This document shows positions 1 to 9,247 of a DNA stretch of 64,000 nucleotides, piece by piece. The DNA is taken from assembly GCA_965116875.1 (NCBI GenBank), contig OZ220733.1, forward strand, positions 2,144,001 to 2,208,000. Direction: 5' to 3'. Position 1 is the stretch's first letter; the number at the start of each line of letters is the position of its first letter. A program made the translations under genes and the position numbers. This stretch comes from Candidatus Latescibacterota bacterium. Lineage in GTDB: Bacteria; Latescibacterota; UBA2968; GCA-2709665. The notes beneath the pieces were generated by a model. The model worked only from the letters and a program-made list of their open reading frames with translations. It was not told the DNA's origin and did no database searches.

Positions 1-1258
1 CATCCTGCAGTTGCCGGGCCCATCGGATATTGGATGCCTCGTCGAATCGGGCTTTGAGTTCCACGATTACCGTTACCTCTTTGCCCGCTTCCGCGGCCTT
101 GAGCAGCGCATCCATGATGGGCGAGTCTTCGGTGGTCCGATAGAGCGTCTGCTTGATGGCCAGCACGTCAGGGTCCCGGGCGGCGGACTGAATAAACTGC
201 ACGACCGGATAAAACGAGTCATATGGATGGTGCAGCAGGATGTCCCGTTGCCGGACCTCGGCGAAGAGCTGGTCGAAGTCTTCGGCGAATGGGTACTCTG
301 CCGGAATATACGGCGTGTCCTTCAGGTCCGGACGTCTTGTGGCCGCGTAGAGCATCATCAGCCGGTTTAGATTGACCGGCCCGTTGACGCGGTAGACCTG
401 CTTTTCGCGCAGATGATAGATCGCCCGAAGCCGTCGTTCGATCTGTTTCGGCGCCGACGCGTCGATTTCCAGCCGGACCGTATCGCCCTTGCGCCTGCGT
501 TTGAGTTCGTCTTCGATGGCCAGAAGCAGGTCGTCGGCCTCCTCTTCGTCGAGGTAGAGATCGCTGTTGCGTGTGATTCGAAAAGCGGCCGTGCCAAGAA
601 TCTTGTAGCCCCGGTACAGCTTCGGGATGTGCGCGCGCACGAGGTCGGCCAGGAACACGTAATCCATGCGCCTGCCCTCGTCTTCCCTGGGCAGACGGAT
701 GAGACGGGGCAGCACGCGCGGAACGGTAACGACCCCGAACAGGGTGTCGCCCTCGCTGTCCCTGAGCAATACGGCAAGGCAGAGCGACTTGTTCACCACA
801 CGTGGAAAAGGATGGGCCGGGTTGACGGTTAGGGGCGTGAGAACCGGATGCAGTTCATCCAGCCAGTACTCCCGGATAAATGCCTGTTCCGCGCTATTCA
901 GGTCTTTCAGCGAACGGATATGCACGTCGGCCTTTTTCAGGGCGGGCAACAACTCGTCGTTCCAGCAGGCATATTGTTCGTCGACCATCCGGTGGGCTTC
1001 ACTGGAAACGGCTTCATATAACTCTTCCGGTAACAGCCCGTCAGGGCCGGCATCGGGAACACTGGCTTCCATCTGCTGAAGCAGGCCCGCAACGCGGATC
1101 TCGAAAAACTCGTCCAGATTGTTCGCCACAATAGCGAGGAACTTCACCCTCTCCAGCAGAGGATTCTTCGGGTCCCGGGCCTCCTCGAGGACGCGTTCGT
1201 TGAAGCGAAGCCAGGATATTTCCCGGTTGGTATACAATTTTGGATCGTCCAGATTCAT
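1..1258 (-). CDS. ppk1: Polyphosphate kinase 1 (N-terminal ~419 aa; runs off the window edge)
   Basis: Not in the ORF track. My translation of the minus strand from the ATG at 1258 gives MNLDDPKLYTNREISWLRFNERVLEEARDPKNPLLERVKFLAIVANNLDEFFEIRVAGL... and ends ...ELKARFDEASNIRWARQLQD. These are hallmark PPK1 motifs. Confidence 0.96.
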   Translation of the reverse strand, partial: MNLDDPKLYTNREISWLRFNERVLEEARDPKNPLLERVKFLAIVANNLDEFFEIRVAGLLQQMEASVPDAGPDGLLPEELYEAVSSEAHRMVDEQYACWNDELLPALKKADVHIRSLKDLNSAEQAFIREYWLDELHPVLTPLTVNPAHPFPRVVNKSLCLAVLLRDSEGDTLFGVVTVPRVLPRLIRLPREDEGRRMDYVFLADLVRAHIPKLYRGYKILGTAAFRITRNSDLYLDEEEADDLLLAIEDELKRRRKGDTVRLEIDASAPKQIERRLRAIYHLREKQVYRVNGPVNLNRLMMLYAATRRPDLKDTPYIPAEYPFAEDFDQLFAEVRQRDILLHHPYDSFYPVVQFIQSAARDPDVLAIKQTLYRTTEDSPIMDALLKAAEAGKEVTVIVELKARFDEASNIRWARQLQD

Positions 1259-1434
1259 ACCGCGAATCCCGTTGTTGACTTACGCCATCTACGTCTGCCA
1301 CGCGCCAAGATAGGCCAGCGCAATGCCCCAGTCAATCGGAATCGGGCTTGCAAGTCACTACTGTTCTGGGGTTTGACGGACCCGGTGTTCTGTCCCGGGA
1401 ACAAGCTTTCTGAATTCGACCGCCGAGTCGCCCG

Positions 1435-2184
1435 TCAACGTTCCGACGCCATCGCCTTCAGTTCGTGCCAGAGGTCCTGATACGCCTCCGCGGCAGGCGA
1501 GCCCGGAGCGAAGCATGGGACCGGTTCCCGGTGGATTCCCATTTTTTCAACTTCCGAGGCGTAGGGAATCTGCGTATCCAGAAAGCGGTGTTCCCGTTCT
1601 TTGCCGGCGGTCAGGATTTCGCTGTGCATGCGCTTCCGTTTCTCGACCATGGTGAAAAAAGGGTAGATCCCGGAGACGTCCCGGACCCTGGATTTGAAGA
1701 AGTCTACCAGTTGGTCATAGGTACGCATGGATAACGTGGTTGGAATACAGGGTACCAGAACGATGTCTGAGGCAAAAAGCATGTTTTCGGACACCAGGCC
1801 GATGCCCGGCGGACAGTCGAGAAAGATGAAGTCGTATGTCTTGCGATAGGGCTTCAGGATGCGACGGAGCCGCTTCGAGGAGCCCTTGAGTTTACTCAGC
1901 ATCGTATCCAGGTTTCGGAACGACAGGTTGGAAGGAAGCAGGTCCAGGTTCTCATAGTCGGTACCGCGAATCCGCTTCTCTATCCTGCGCCCGCCGCGAA
2001 GGAATTTTCGTCCCGGGAGTTTCCTGGAGGGTTTGATTCGAAAATAGAACGCGGCCGATCCCTGGGGGTCCAGATCGAACAGAATGGTCTGTGCCCCATC
2101 GCGCGCCGCGAGATAGGCCAGGTTCACCGCCGCAGCGGTTTTTCCCACCCCGCCCTTGATATTGTACAGGGCGACTGTTGCCAT
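1435..2184 (-). CDS. ParA/Soj/MinD-family ATPase (orphan, no parB)
   Basis: Deviant Walker A KGGVGKT, DLDPQG and DCPP motifs. Likely start MATVALYNIK at 2184. Confidence 0.92.
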   Translation of the reverse strand: MATVALYNIKGGVGKTAAAVNLAYLAARDGAQTILFDLDPQGSAAFYFRIKPSRKLPGRKFLRGGRRIEKRIRGTDYENLDLLPSNLSFRNLDTMLSKLKGSSKRLRRILKPYRKTYDFIFLDCPPGIGLVSENMLFASDIVLVPCIPTTLSMRTYDQLVDFFKSRVRDVSGIYPFFTMVEKRKRMHSEILTAGKEREHRFLDTQIPYASEVEKMGIHREPVPCFAPGSPAAEAYQDLWHELKAMASER

Positions 2185-2188
2185 GGAA

Positions 2189-2408
2189 TTAGCCCCAATT
2201 CCGCAAAAAACGCAACGCGGCACCGCGAAAAAACCTTCGTAAACCCGCCGAAATGGTCGTTAGCAGTCCGTTGATAAAGTCGCTCTGCAGGCGAGACCTG
2301 GTGTTCCGTCCCGGAAATATGTCACCATTCATCCGCCGATTCATCCCGTCTGGCGGCGTTGCCTTCGCTCGCGCTCGGGAACTCACCGGCATTTTGAAAT
2401 GGCTTCTC
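2189..2408. repeat. Composite: family A 5' end (2189-2262) joined to a family B copy (2260-2408)
   Basis: CAATTCCGCAAAA..CGCAACGCGGCACCGCGA matches 44074 onward. The reverse complement of 2361-2407 matches 13419-13464. Confidence 0.6.
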
Positions 2409-3942
2409 AGGCGAACAGGCGTCGGAACGTGGCGGCAACCTCCGCCCGGTTGAATTCCGCAAAGGTCTTCGAAAACGCCGCGCGGACGGTCTGTTGTTCG
2501 CGGTAAAGGCAGCCGATAAGCCCGCCGATGGCGGCGAAGGTTTCCGGGTGAGTCCTCGCCGGAGACAACGCTTCCAGGTACGACTTCAGGTCGTCCTGTT
2601 GAACGGAAAGGTCGTTGAAGTCACCCAGGTTGTCCTGCAGGTTTTTGAGGTGTTCGACAATCAGCCGGACCTCTCCCGCAGGGAAAAGGGACGCGAAGAA
2701 CTCGAGGAGGTATCGCAGTTTCTTGCACTCGATCCGCAGCCGGTGCAGTTCGTCGTCCGGCGTGGACCCGTCAATCGCGGCGCCCAGTTCGATCACGCGA
2801 CCGTATCTCTTGTCGATAAACCCCTGCGCCAGTTTTTTCGCCGGCGCTTCCGCATTGTCCGGAGAACCGGATTCCGGCGGGCACTTCAGAAACGCCGCCC
2901 AGTCCGCTGCGATACTTCGATACCTTTCGCCGTCCAGGGCCGCGGCCAGACGCCTGTGTTCGCCCGTACGCTCCGCCCGAAGGTACTCGAATAGCGGATC
3001 CAGTCGAGGCCGCAGATATCCGGGCAGGAGGGACCGGTACGCGTCCTGCTTGAGCAGGGCGACGTCCAGATCGCGCAGGCGATTGGTGAGTTTTCCGAGA
3101 TAGGAAAAGTCTTTCCGGAAGCGACCGAGCGGAACTTCCGGAAAAACGGATTTGATCTGGCTGAGGGCTGATCGGGTACGTCGGATTCCCACCCTGAAAT
3201 CGTGCAGAAATTCGGTATCGAGGTCCTTTTTGATCCCCGTTTCATTGCGCCTGATGGTTCTGAACAGGTGACCCAGGATCCGCCTCGCCGCCTCCGCGCC
3301 GTTCAGATCGGGTTCCAGAGCGATATTGAGTTTCGAGGTATAGTCCCCGGGGTTTCTGCCGGTCGCACGCATGGCGGCATGGAACAGGTCTTCGGTCCGG
3401 GGTTCGGCGCCGGCGTCGCGCAGGGACCGGACAAGCCTGCGGGAGTGCTTCTCATACCCCCGGACGGGCCGAAGCGAAACCGTGTTGAACGGTTGTCCGT
3501 TACGTGTGGCGCCCGCCACCCTGGCCCGTTCAAGTTCTGCGATAACGACGGTCTTTTCATTCCTGTTGAGAACACGGACGGTCTGCCTGCGGATTCTGGC
3601 GCGCGCGAGGGGCAACAGCGCACGTACGCTCAAATGTGCCTGCAGGACCTCCTTCAAGTGTCCCTCGGGTAAATCCGTGCTGTATACCGGATCGGTTCCG
3701 CACGGCAGGTTGAGCGATGCGACTGTTTCGCTGTCACACAGTCTGTAGAGAAGGTAACGGTCCTGATCATGTAACAGCACAAGATTCCTGTTGAAAAGGC
3801 GCCAGTCGAACGTGTCGAAAAAGGTCTGCACCTGCACCGTGTCGTCCATCGGTTCGCAGGTATGGGAACCGGCGGCCTCTTCCCAGATGCTGCGTGGATC
3901 GACCGATGCCGGCAGGCGCAGTGAACATCGTCTGTGTTTCAT
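2407..3942 (-). CDS. CHAD domain protein (polyphosphate-binding) with CYTH-like N-terminus
   Basis: CHAD motifs LHDFRVGIRRTRS, RDLDV, LHRLRIECKKLRYLLE and LQDNLGDFND. N-terminal FFDTFDWRL is CYTH-like. Confidence 0.9.
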   Translation of the reverse strand: MKHRRCSLRLPASVDPRSIWEEAAGSHTCEPMDDTVQVQTFFDTFDWRLFNRNLVLLHDQDRYLLYRLCDSETVASLNLPCGTDPVYSTDLPEGHLKEVLQAHLSVRALLPLARARIRRQTVRVLNRNEKTVVIAELERARVAGATRNGQPFNTVSLRPVRGYEKHSRRLVRSLRDAGAEPRTEDLFHAAMRATGRNPGDYTSKLNIALEPDLNGAEAARRILGHLFRTIRRNETGIKKDLDTEFLHDFRVGIRRTRSALSQIKSVFPEVPLGRFRKDFSYLGKLTNRLRDLDVALLKQDAYRSLLPGYLRPRLDPLFEYLRAERTGEHRRLAAALDGERYRSIAADWAAFLKCPPESGSPDNAEAPAKKLAQGFIDKRYGRVIELGAAIDGSTPDDELHRLRIECKKLRYLLEFFASLFPAGEVRLIVEHLKNLQDNLGDFNDLSVQQDDLKSYLEALSPARTHPETFAAIGGLIGCLYREQQTVRAAFSKTFAEFNRAEVAATFRRLFA

Positions 3943-4345
3943 GGCGTCTTTTCCATCAACGCTCGCCCCGGAGGTGCGACGCGTACAGCCGTTTCAATCC
4001 GTGAAGCTGGAAAACGTGCCCGATAGACAGAAGGCCGATGCCCAGAGACATCAGCCTTTTTCGCACTTCCCTGAGGATTCTTCGTTCAGTCCTCATAGCT
4101 CAGGAGTCTGTAACATACGTGATGTGCCGCATCAGCCTCAATTCGAAGATAGACAGCAGTCATATTGGCCACAAAAAGCCTGAAAGCGGGGAGACGTTAG
4201 AGGTGAGACGGGAGAAGAAGCCCATGCCATGTATGTTCTTCCTTCTTGCCTTCGGCACGAGAAGAATCCTCACAAGGCAGGTAATCTCTACCCTCTTCCG
4301 TCTCACGTCTCCCTGCTTCTGGGGCGCCGGGGGAGAGGTCCCGAA

Positions 4346-4449
4346 TACGTCCAGCGACCTGGTGTATCCTGGTAATCCGCCGTTGAATCGCCTTTATTAA
4401 CTAATACATATTCGAATTAACGTCCACGACAGCTTACGAATCAAGGTTA
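4346..4449. repeat. Family A, 3' half copy
   Basis: CCTGGTGTATCCTGGTAATCC...CATATTCGAATTAACGTCC...TTACGAATCAAGGTTA. Confidence 0.7.
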
Positions 4450-4579
4450 GAAGCAGGCATTGCGCTATCCGGATAATAATACGTTGAACCGGTCCAAAAA
4501 ACAAGAAAGACCGCACAGGCGCTGAAGCGGTCATCCTCCGCACGGGCCAATCCGGTGTTCCGGAAGCCGGCCCGATCAT

Positions 4580-4618
4580 CGTAACACACTTGTCACACGA
4601 CGGTCACCTTTCCGTAAC
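4580..4618 (+). promoter_or_regulatory. Pho box (four PhoB-type half-sites)
   Basis: GT(A/C)AC half-sites at 4581, 4592, 4603 and 4614 with exact 11-bp periodicity, upstream of the porin-pst operon. Confidence 0.75.
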
Positions 4619-4807
4619 GGAAGCGCGATATATTGGCTCCGTCTGCGATCGTAAGTTCGGATCGGCGGCAACGGAACTGCGCTGGTGTGAGATCCCCGGC
4701 GTAGCGCCTTCCGTTCGATCCTTCACCTCGGCAAACGGAATTCGGGGATCCGCAGGTACCGCCAGGAAGGATGTCCGGGTCGATTTGCCGCCCACACGGG
4801 AGGAGCT

Positions 4808-5782
4808 ATGCTGCTGAAGGGGATCGTCTGGGGATGTGCCGCGCTGTTGAGCCTGGGTCTTTTCGGGCCCGTGGAGGGCGCCGAAGGCAAGTTCAAAGGG
4901 ATTGCCTTCGGTGATTACTATTTTGTTGTCGCCGGCGCGGAAAAGAACGAAAACGGTTTCAGGTTCCGGAGGATCTATCTGACGTACGACCTCAAATGGA
5001 ATGACCGCTGGTCCGGACGGGTGCGCTACGAAGCAAATGATGCGGGATTCGGCGGCGAAGACAAGATGAGGCCGTTCGTGAAGCACGGGTATCTGCGATA
5101 CGGTGCGAACGGCCAGACGGTGAACATGGGGTTGTTCGGCACACCCACCTGGAACGTGTCCGAACGAATATGGGGTTACCGGTCCATTGCAAAGACAATC
5201 ATGGATCTGCGCAAGATCGGCTCTTCCGCGGATCTCGGTGTGGGGTATAAGGGAAAGCTGGATGGCGCCGGCAGGGTGAACGCGCAGCTGATGTTCGGAA
5301 ACGGCAGCGGCCAGCGTCCGGAGGCCGACAACGGCAAGAAAGTGTACTCCCTGCTGCATCTGAAACCCACGGACGTCGTTGAAGCCACGGTCTACGTCGA
5401 TTGGGAAGGCAAGCCCGAAGGCAGGGATCGCATAACGTTCGCGGGGATGCTGGGTACTTCAGTCGAGAGTTTTCGCTTCGGACTGGAGGGATTTATCCGA
5501 AATAACAGAAGAGCGATGTCAGGCGAGGACGTGCGGATACGGGGCATTTCGGTATTCGGTGCCGTTAACGTAAAACCTCAAGTCGACGTATTCGGTCGCC
5601 TGGACTTTTTCGATCCCGACCGGAGCACGGAACAGGACGAGGAGTTCATGATTATTGCCGGAATCGACGTGGCGCCGGCAGGGAACATCCACATCATGCC
5701 CAATGTCGTGGCGACGATCATGCGGTCTCCCGACGCGGACACCGAAGTGATGCCCCGGATGACGGCGAGCTACAAGTTTTAG
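4808..5782 (+). CDS. Outer-membrane porin, probably phosphate-selective (OprO/OprP-like)
   Basis: Signal peptide, FRFRRIYLTY motif, alternating beta-strand pattern and C-terminal Phe. First gene of the pst operon. RBS GGAGGAG. Confidence 0.7.
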   Translation: MLLKGIVWGCAALLSLGLFGPVEGAEGKFKGIAFGDYYFVVAGAEKNENGFRFRRIYLTYDLKWNDRWSGRVRYEANDAGFGGEDKMRPFVKHGYLRYGANGQTVNMGLFGTPTWNVSERIWGYRSIAKTIMDLRKIGSSADLGVGYKGKLDGAGRVNAQLMFGNGSGQRPEADNGKKVYSLLHLKPTDVVEATVYVDWEGKPEGRDRITFAGMLGTSVESFRFGLEGFIRNNRRAMSGEDVRIRGISVFGAVNVKPQVDVFGRLDFFDPDRSTEQDEEFMIIAGIDVAPAGNIHIMPNVVATIMRSPDADTEVMPRMTASYKF

Positions 5783-5832
5783 TCCTGCCCGATCATTACT
5801 AACCATTCGGCTGCCGACTCATCCCGTCTCGC

Positions 5833-5910
5833 GTAATCCGCCGTCTAATCGCCCTTATTTACAATTACATATTCGAATTACCGTTTCCGAAGACTTACGA
5901 ATCAAGGTTA
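5833..5910. repeat. Family A, 3' copy between the porin and pstS
   Basis: GTAATCCGCCGTCTAATCGCC...CATATTCGAATTA...GAAGACTTACGAATCAAGGTTA. Confidence 0.7.
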
Positions 5911-5934
5911 ACCCTCAACATCAGGAGGATCAGA

Positions 5935-6921
5935 ATGATCATACGAACACTCGTCGGCGTATCTTTGCTGATCGTCGCGGCGGTACCGGTGCAGGTGCAG
6001 GCGCAGACGCTGGAAGTCGATCCACGAATTCCTGCCTACACAAAGGCGAGAGGGGTTTCGGGGAGCGCCAGCAGCATCGGGTCGGATACGATGAACAACA
6101 TGATGGCGCTGTGGCTGGAGGGCTTTCGGAAATACTATCCCAACGTCAACGTCCAGATCGAAGGCAAGGGATCCAGCACCGCGCCGCCCGCGCTGATCAA
6201 AGGCACCGCGCAGTTCGGGCCCATGTCCCGCGCGATGAAGGCGACGGAAGTGGACAAGTTCGAGCAGGCGTTCGGGTACCCGCCCACGCAGTTGAGGACC
6301 GCCCTCGATGCCCTGGCGGTCTTTGTCAACAAGGACAATCCCATTAAGGGATTGACCCTGCAGCAGGTGGATGCTATTTTTTCGAAAACCCGTCGACGGG
6401 GTCATCCCGGGGACATCCAACGTTGGGGCGAAGCGGGATGGACCGGCGATCGGGCATCGGCGCTGATCAGTATGTACGGTCGGAATTCTGCATCCGGCAC
6501 GTATGGTTTCTTTAAAAAGTACGCCCTTTCCAAAGGCGACTTCAAAGATGAGGTCAAGGAACAGCCGGGATCGGCTTCCGTCGTGCAGGGGATCGCGGAA
6601 GACCGGTTTGGAATCGGTTACAGTGGAATTGGATACAGGACGTCGGACGTGCGCGTCGTACCGCTCGCGGATGATCCTTCGGATGGATTCAAAGACGCCA
6701 GCATGGAGAACGTCCTCGACGGCACCTACCCGCTGGGCCGATTCTTGTACATTTACATAAACAAGACACCTGGCAAGCCGCTCGATCCGATCGTGCGAGA
6801 GTTCTGCAGGTATATATTTTCGAAAGAGGGACAGGAGGTCGTAATCAAGGATGGTTACATGCCTGTACCTTTTGAGGTCGTTGAAGAAGAATTGGCGAGG
6901 CTTGAAGCGGACGCTATGTAG
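5935..6921 (+). CDS. pstS: Phosphate ABC transporter substrate-binding protein
   Basis: GSDTM, GKGSSTA, GRNSASGT and YPLGRFLYIY motifs. Signal peptide. RBS AGGAGG. Confidence 0.96.
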   Translation: MIIRTLVGVSLLIVAAVPVQVQAQTLEVDPRIPAYTKARGVSGSASSIGSDTMNNMMALWLEGFRKYYPNVNVQIEGKGSSTAPPALIKGTAQFGPMSRAMKATEVDKFEQAFGYPPTQLRTALDALAVFVNKDNPIKGLTLQQVDAIFSKTRRRGHPGDIQRWGEAGWTGDRASALISMYGRNSASGTYGFFKKYALSKGDFKDEVKEQPGSASVVQGIAEDRFGIGYSGIGYRTSDVRVVPLADDPSDGFKDASMENVLDGTYPLGRFLYIYINKTPGKPLDPIVREFCRYIFSKEGQEVVIKDGYMPVPFEVVEEELARLEADAM

Positions 6922-6961
6922 TCGGGCCTCCCGCCCAATGGATCGATTCAGGGTTTGGCGA

Positions 6962-9214
6962 ATGGCGCAAGAAAAAAACACGGATGCCGGGAAATCCCGA
7001 TCGCTGCCGGGCATTACGCCGGCAGCGCGCGCAATGGACCGCATTGGGCGCTGGGTGATCGCCGTGGGTGGCGTGGGGGTGATCCTGGTTGTACTCGGCA
7101 TTCTGGCATTTGTGTTGCTCGAAGCCTATCCGCTCTTCCTGTCGCCTGCGCCTGCGACGATCGTGACAAGCCACGCCGTTGACGGCAGTCCGGACCAGAG
7201 GCCGTTGGCGGCGGGCGCCGACCCGTATCGCGAAGTTGCGTATCTGGTGCGGCGGGAAGGGATCGACTTCATCCGGCTGGCAACGGGCGAGACCATTCGT
7301 CAGGAACGCGGCGACGTTTTCCTGGACCGCCGCGTGGAGTCGGTGCATCCTTCGCTTACGGACGGATACCTGGGCCTGGGTATGTCGGATGGCCGCGTTG
7401 CCGTGGCAAAGGTCAATTATCGGGTGACCTACCCCGAAGGTAGACGTTCCGTCACGCCAGAGCTGGATATTCAGGGCAACGTGGCGCTGGACCCGGAAGG
7501 TGAACCCGTCATCCGGGTTTCATATCGGACAGACGGGACGCGTCGGTCGACCGCGGCGGGAGTCACGTCATCGGGACGGCTGCTGATGGCCGCAGTGATG
7601 AAAAAGAAGGGGCTGCTGGGCGTCGGAAAGCTCGAATCCTACGTACACGACCTGACGGCCGAGGTCGACGGCACGCCAACAGCCGTGCTCGTGGACGGGA
7701 GCGGTCGGTATCTTCTGGCCGGCACGGACCGCGGAGAAGTGGTTTGCTGGGACGTAAGGGAGGTTCAGGGTCCGCCGTCTCTCGTACAGCGATTCCGTGC
7801 TTCGGACCTGGCGGTTACGGCCCTCGCATTTGTCCTTGGCGACGTATCGGTGGTTGTGGGCGACGCCGGCGGGCACGTGAGCACCTGGTTTCCGGTGCGC
7901 GGTCCGGACAGCAGTGTCTATGCGCCTTTCCGAAAGATCCACGTCTTTCGTTCACATCGCACAGCCGTGAGCGCCATCGCGCCGTCCGCGCGCGACAAGC
8001 AGTTTCTGACGGGCAGCGCCGGCGGACGCGTGATGCTGCATCACATGACCACCGCCCAGACGTTCTTCAGCGTGTCGAGTGGATCGAACGTAACCGGGCT
8101 GACGTTCGCACCGAAAGCAGACGGGTTCCTGAGTCTGGACGGCGACGGGCGGTTGAACCACTATCGGTTGTCCAATCCGCATCCCGAAGTCACGCTGGAG
8201 ACATTGTTCGGCAAAGTCTGGTACGAGGGATATACCGAACCCCGGTATGTTTGGCAATCCACGGGAGGGACCGACGAGTTCGAACCCAAAATGAGTATCA
8301 TCCCTCTGGCGTACGGCACGGCGAAGGGTACGTTTTACGCGATGTTTTTCGCGCTGCCCCTGGCTGTGCTCGCCGCCATCTACACGTCCGAGTTCGCCCA
8401 TCCCCGAGTGCGTAACGTGGTCAAACCCACGGTGGAGTTGATGGCATCGCTGCCAAGCGTGATTCTCGGATTTCTGGGCGGTCTCTGGCTGGCGCCGTTG
8501 CTGGAGCGCCATGTGGTCGGGGTCTTGCTGTTGTTGCCCACCGTGGCACTGACGGTTGTCTCTGCTTCCTGGGTCTGGTCCAGGCTGCCGGGCCGAATAA
8601 AGAACCGGCTGCCGGGGCCGGAGGTGTTCTACGTGGCGGTGTCCCTCCTTGGCGTCTGGTTGGCTCTGGCGCTCGGGCCCTGGATGGAAGGCGCCTTCTG
8701 GGGCGGTGATTTTCAGCGCTGGCTGGCGGATTCCGCCGATACCCGCTATGACCAGAGGAACTGCCTGGTGGTGGGTTTCGCCATGGGCTTCGCCGTGATC
8801 CCCATCATCTACACGATCTGTGAAGACGCGCTGACAAGCGTGCCTTCGCACCTGAGGGCCGGATCCCTGGCGCTGGGCGCAACGCCCTGGCAGACGGCCG
8901 TCCGCGTCGTGCTCCCCACGGCCAGCCCGGGCATTTTTTCCGCGACGATGATCGGCTTCGGGCGGGCGGTCGGCGAAACGATGATCGTGCTCATGGCAAC
9001 CGGCAACACGCCCGTCATGGACTGGAGCATCTTTAACGGGATGCGCACCATGTCGGCCAACATCGCCGTGGAGATTCCCGAGGCGCCGCACGAGGGTACG
9101 CTCTACCGCGTCCTCTTTCTGACCGGTGTCCTGCTTGCGGGGGTGACTTTCATCGTCAACACCGTGGCGGAAATCGTGCGGCAGCGGCTTCGGGAACGGT
9201 ACAGCAGAATCTGA
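6962..9214 (+). CDS. pstC: Phosphate ABC transporter permease PstC with periplasmic beta-propeller (WD40-like) extension
   Basis: ELMASLPSV, GSLALGATPWQT and GRAVGETMIV permease motifs. Long N-terminal WD-like region. Confidence 0.92.
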   Translation: MAQEKNTDAGKSRSLPGITPAARAMDRIGRWVIAVGGVGVILVVLGILAFVLLEAYPLFLSPAPATIVTSHAVDGSPDQRPLAAGADPYREVAYLVRREGIDFIRLATGETIRQERGDVFLDRRVESVHPSLTDGYLGLGMSDGRVAVAKVNYRVTYPEGRRSVTPELDIQGNVALDPEGEPVIRVSYRTDGTRRSTAAGVTSSGRLLMAAVMKKKGLLGVGKLESYVHDLTAEVDGTPTAVLVDGSGRYLLAGTDRGEVVCWDVREVQGPPSLVQRFRASDLAVTALAFVLGDVSVVVGDAGGHVSTWFPVRGPDSSVYAPFRKIHVFRSHRTAVSAIAPSARDKQFLTGSAGGRVMLHHMTTAQTFFSVSSGSNVTGLTFAPKADGFLSLDGDGRLNHYRLSNPHPEVTLETLFGKVWYEGYTEPRYVWQSTGGTDEFEPKMSIIPLAYGTAKGTFYAMFFALPLAVLAAIYTSEFAHPRVRNVVKPTVELMASLPSVILGFLGGLWLAPLLERHVVGVLLLLPTVALTVVSASWVWSRLPGRIKNRLPGPEVFYVAVSLLGVWLALALGPWMEGAFWGGDFQRWLADSADTRYDQRNCLVVGFAMGFAVIPIIYTICEDALTSVPSHLRAGSLALGATPWQTAVRVVLPTASPGIFSATMIGFGRAVGETMIVLMATGNTPVMDWSIFNGMRTMSANIAVEIPEAPHEGTLYRVLFLTGVLLAGVTFIVNTVAEIVRQRLRERYSRI

Positions 9215-9247
9215 CAGCCCGCTGAAAAAGCGTCTGGAGTCAATGAA

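Noticed and set aside
4188-4320. GAGACG/CGTCTC inverted heptamer-like repeats, and GCTGA(T/C)G repeats at 22361-22392
   Set aside because: These are short single-locus low-complexity repeats with no function I can support from the sequence.
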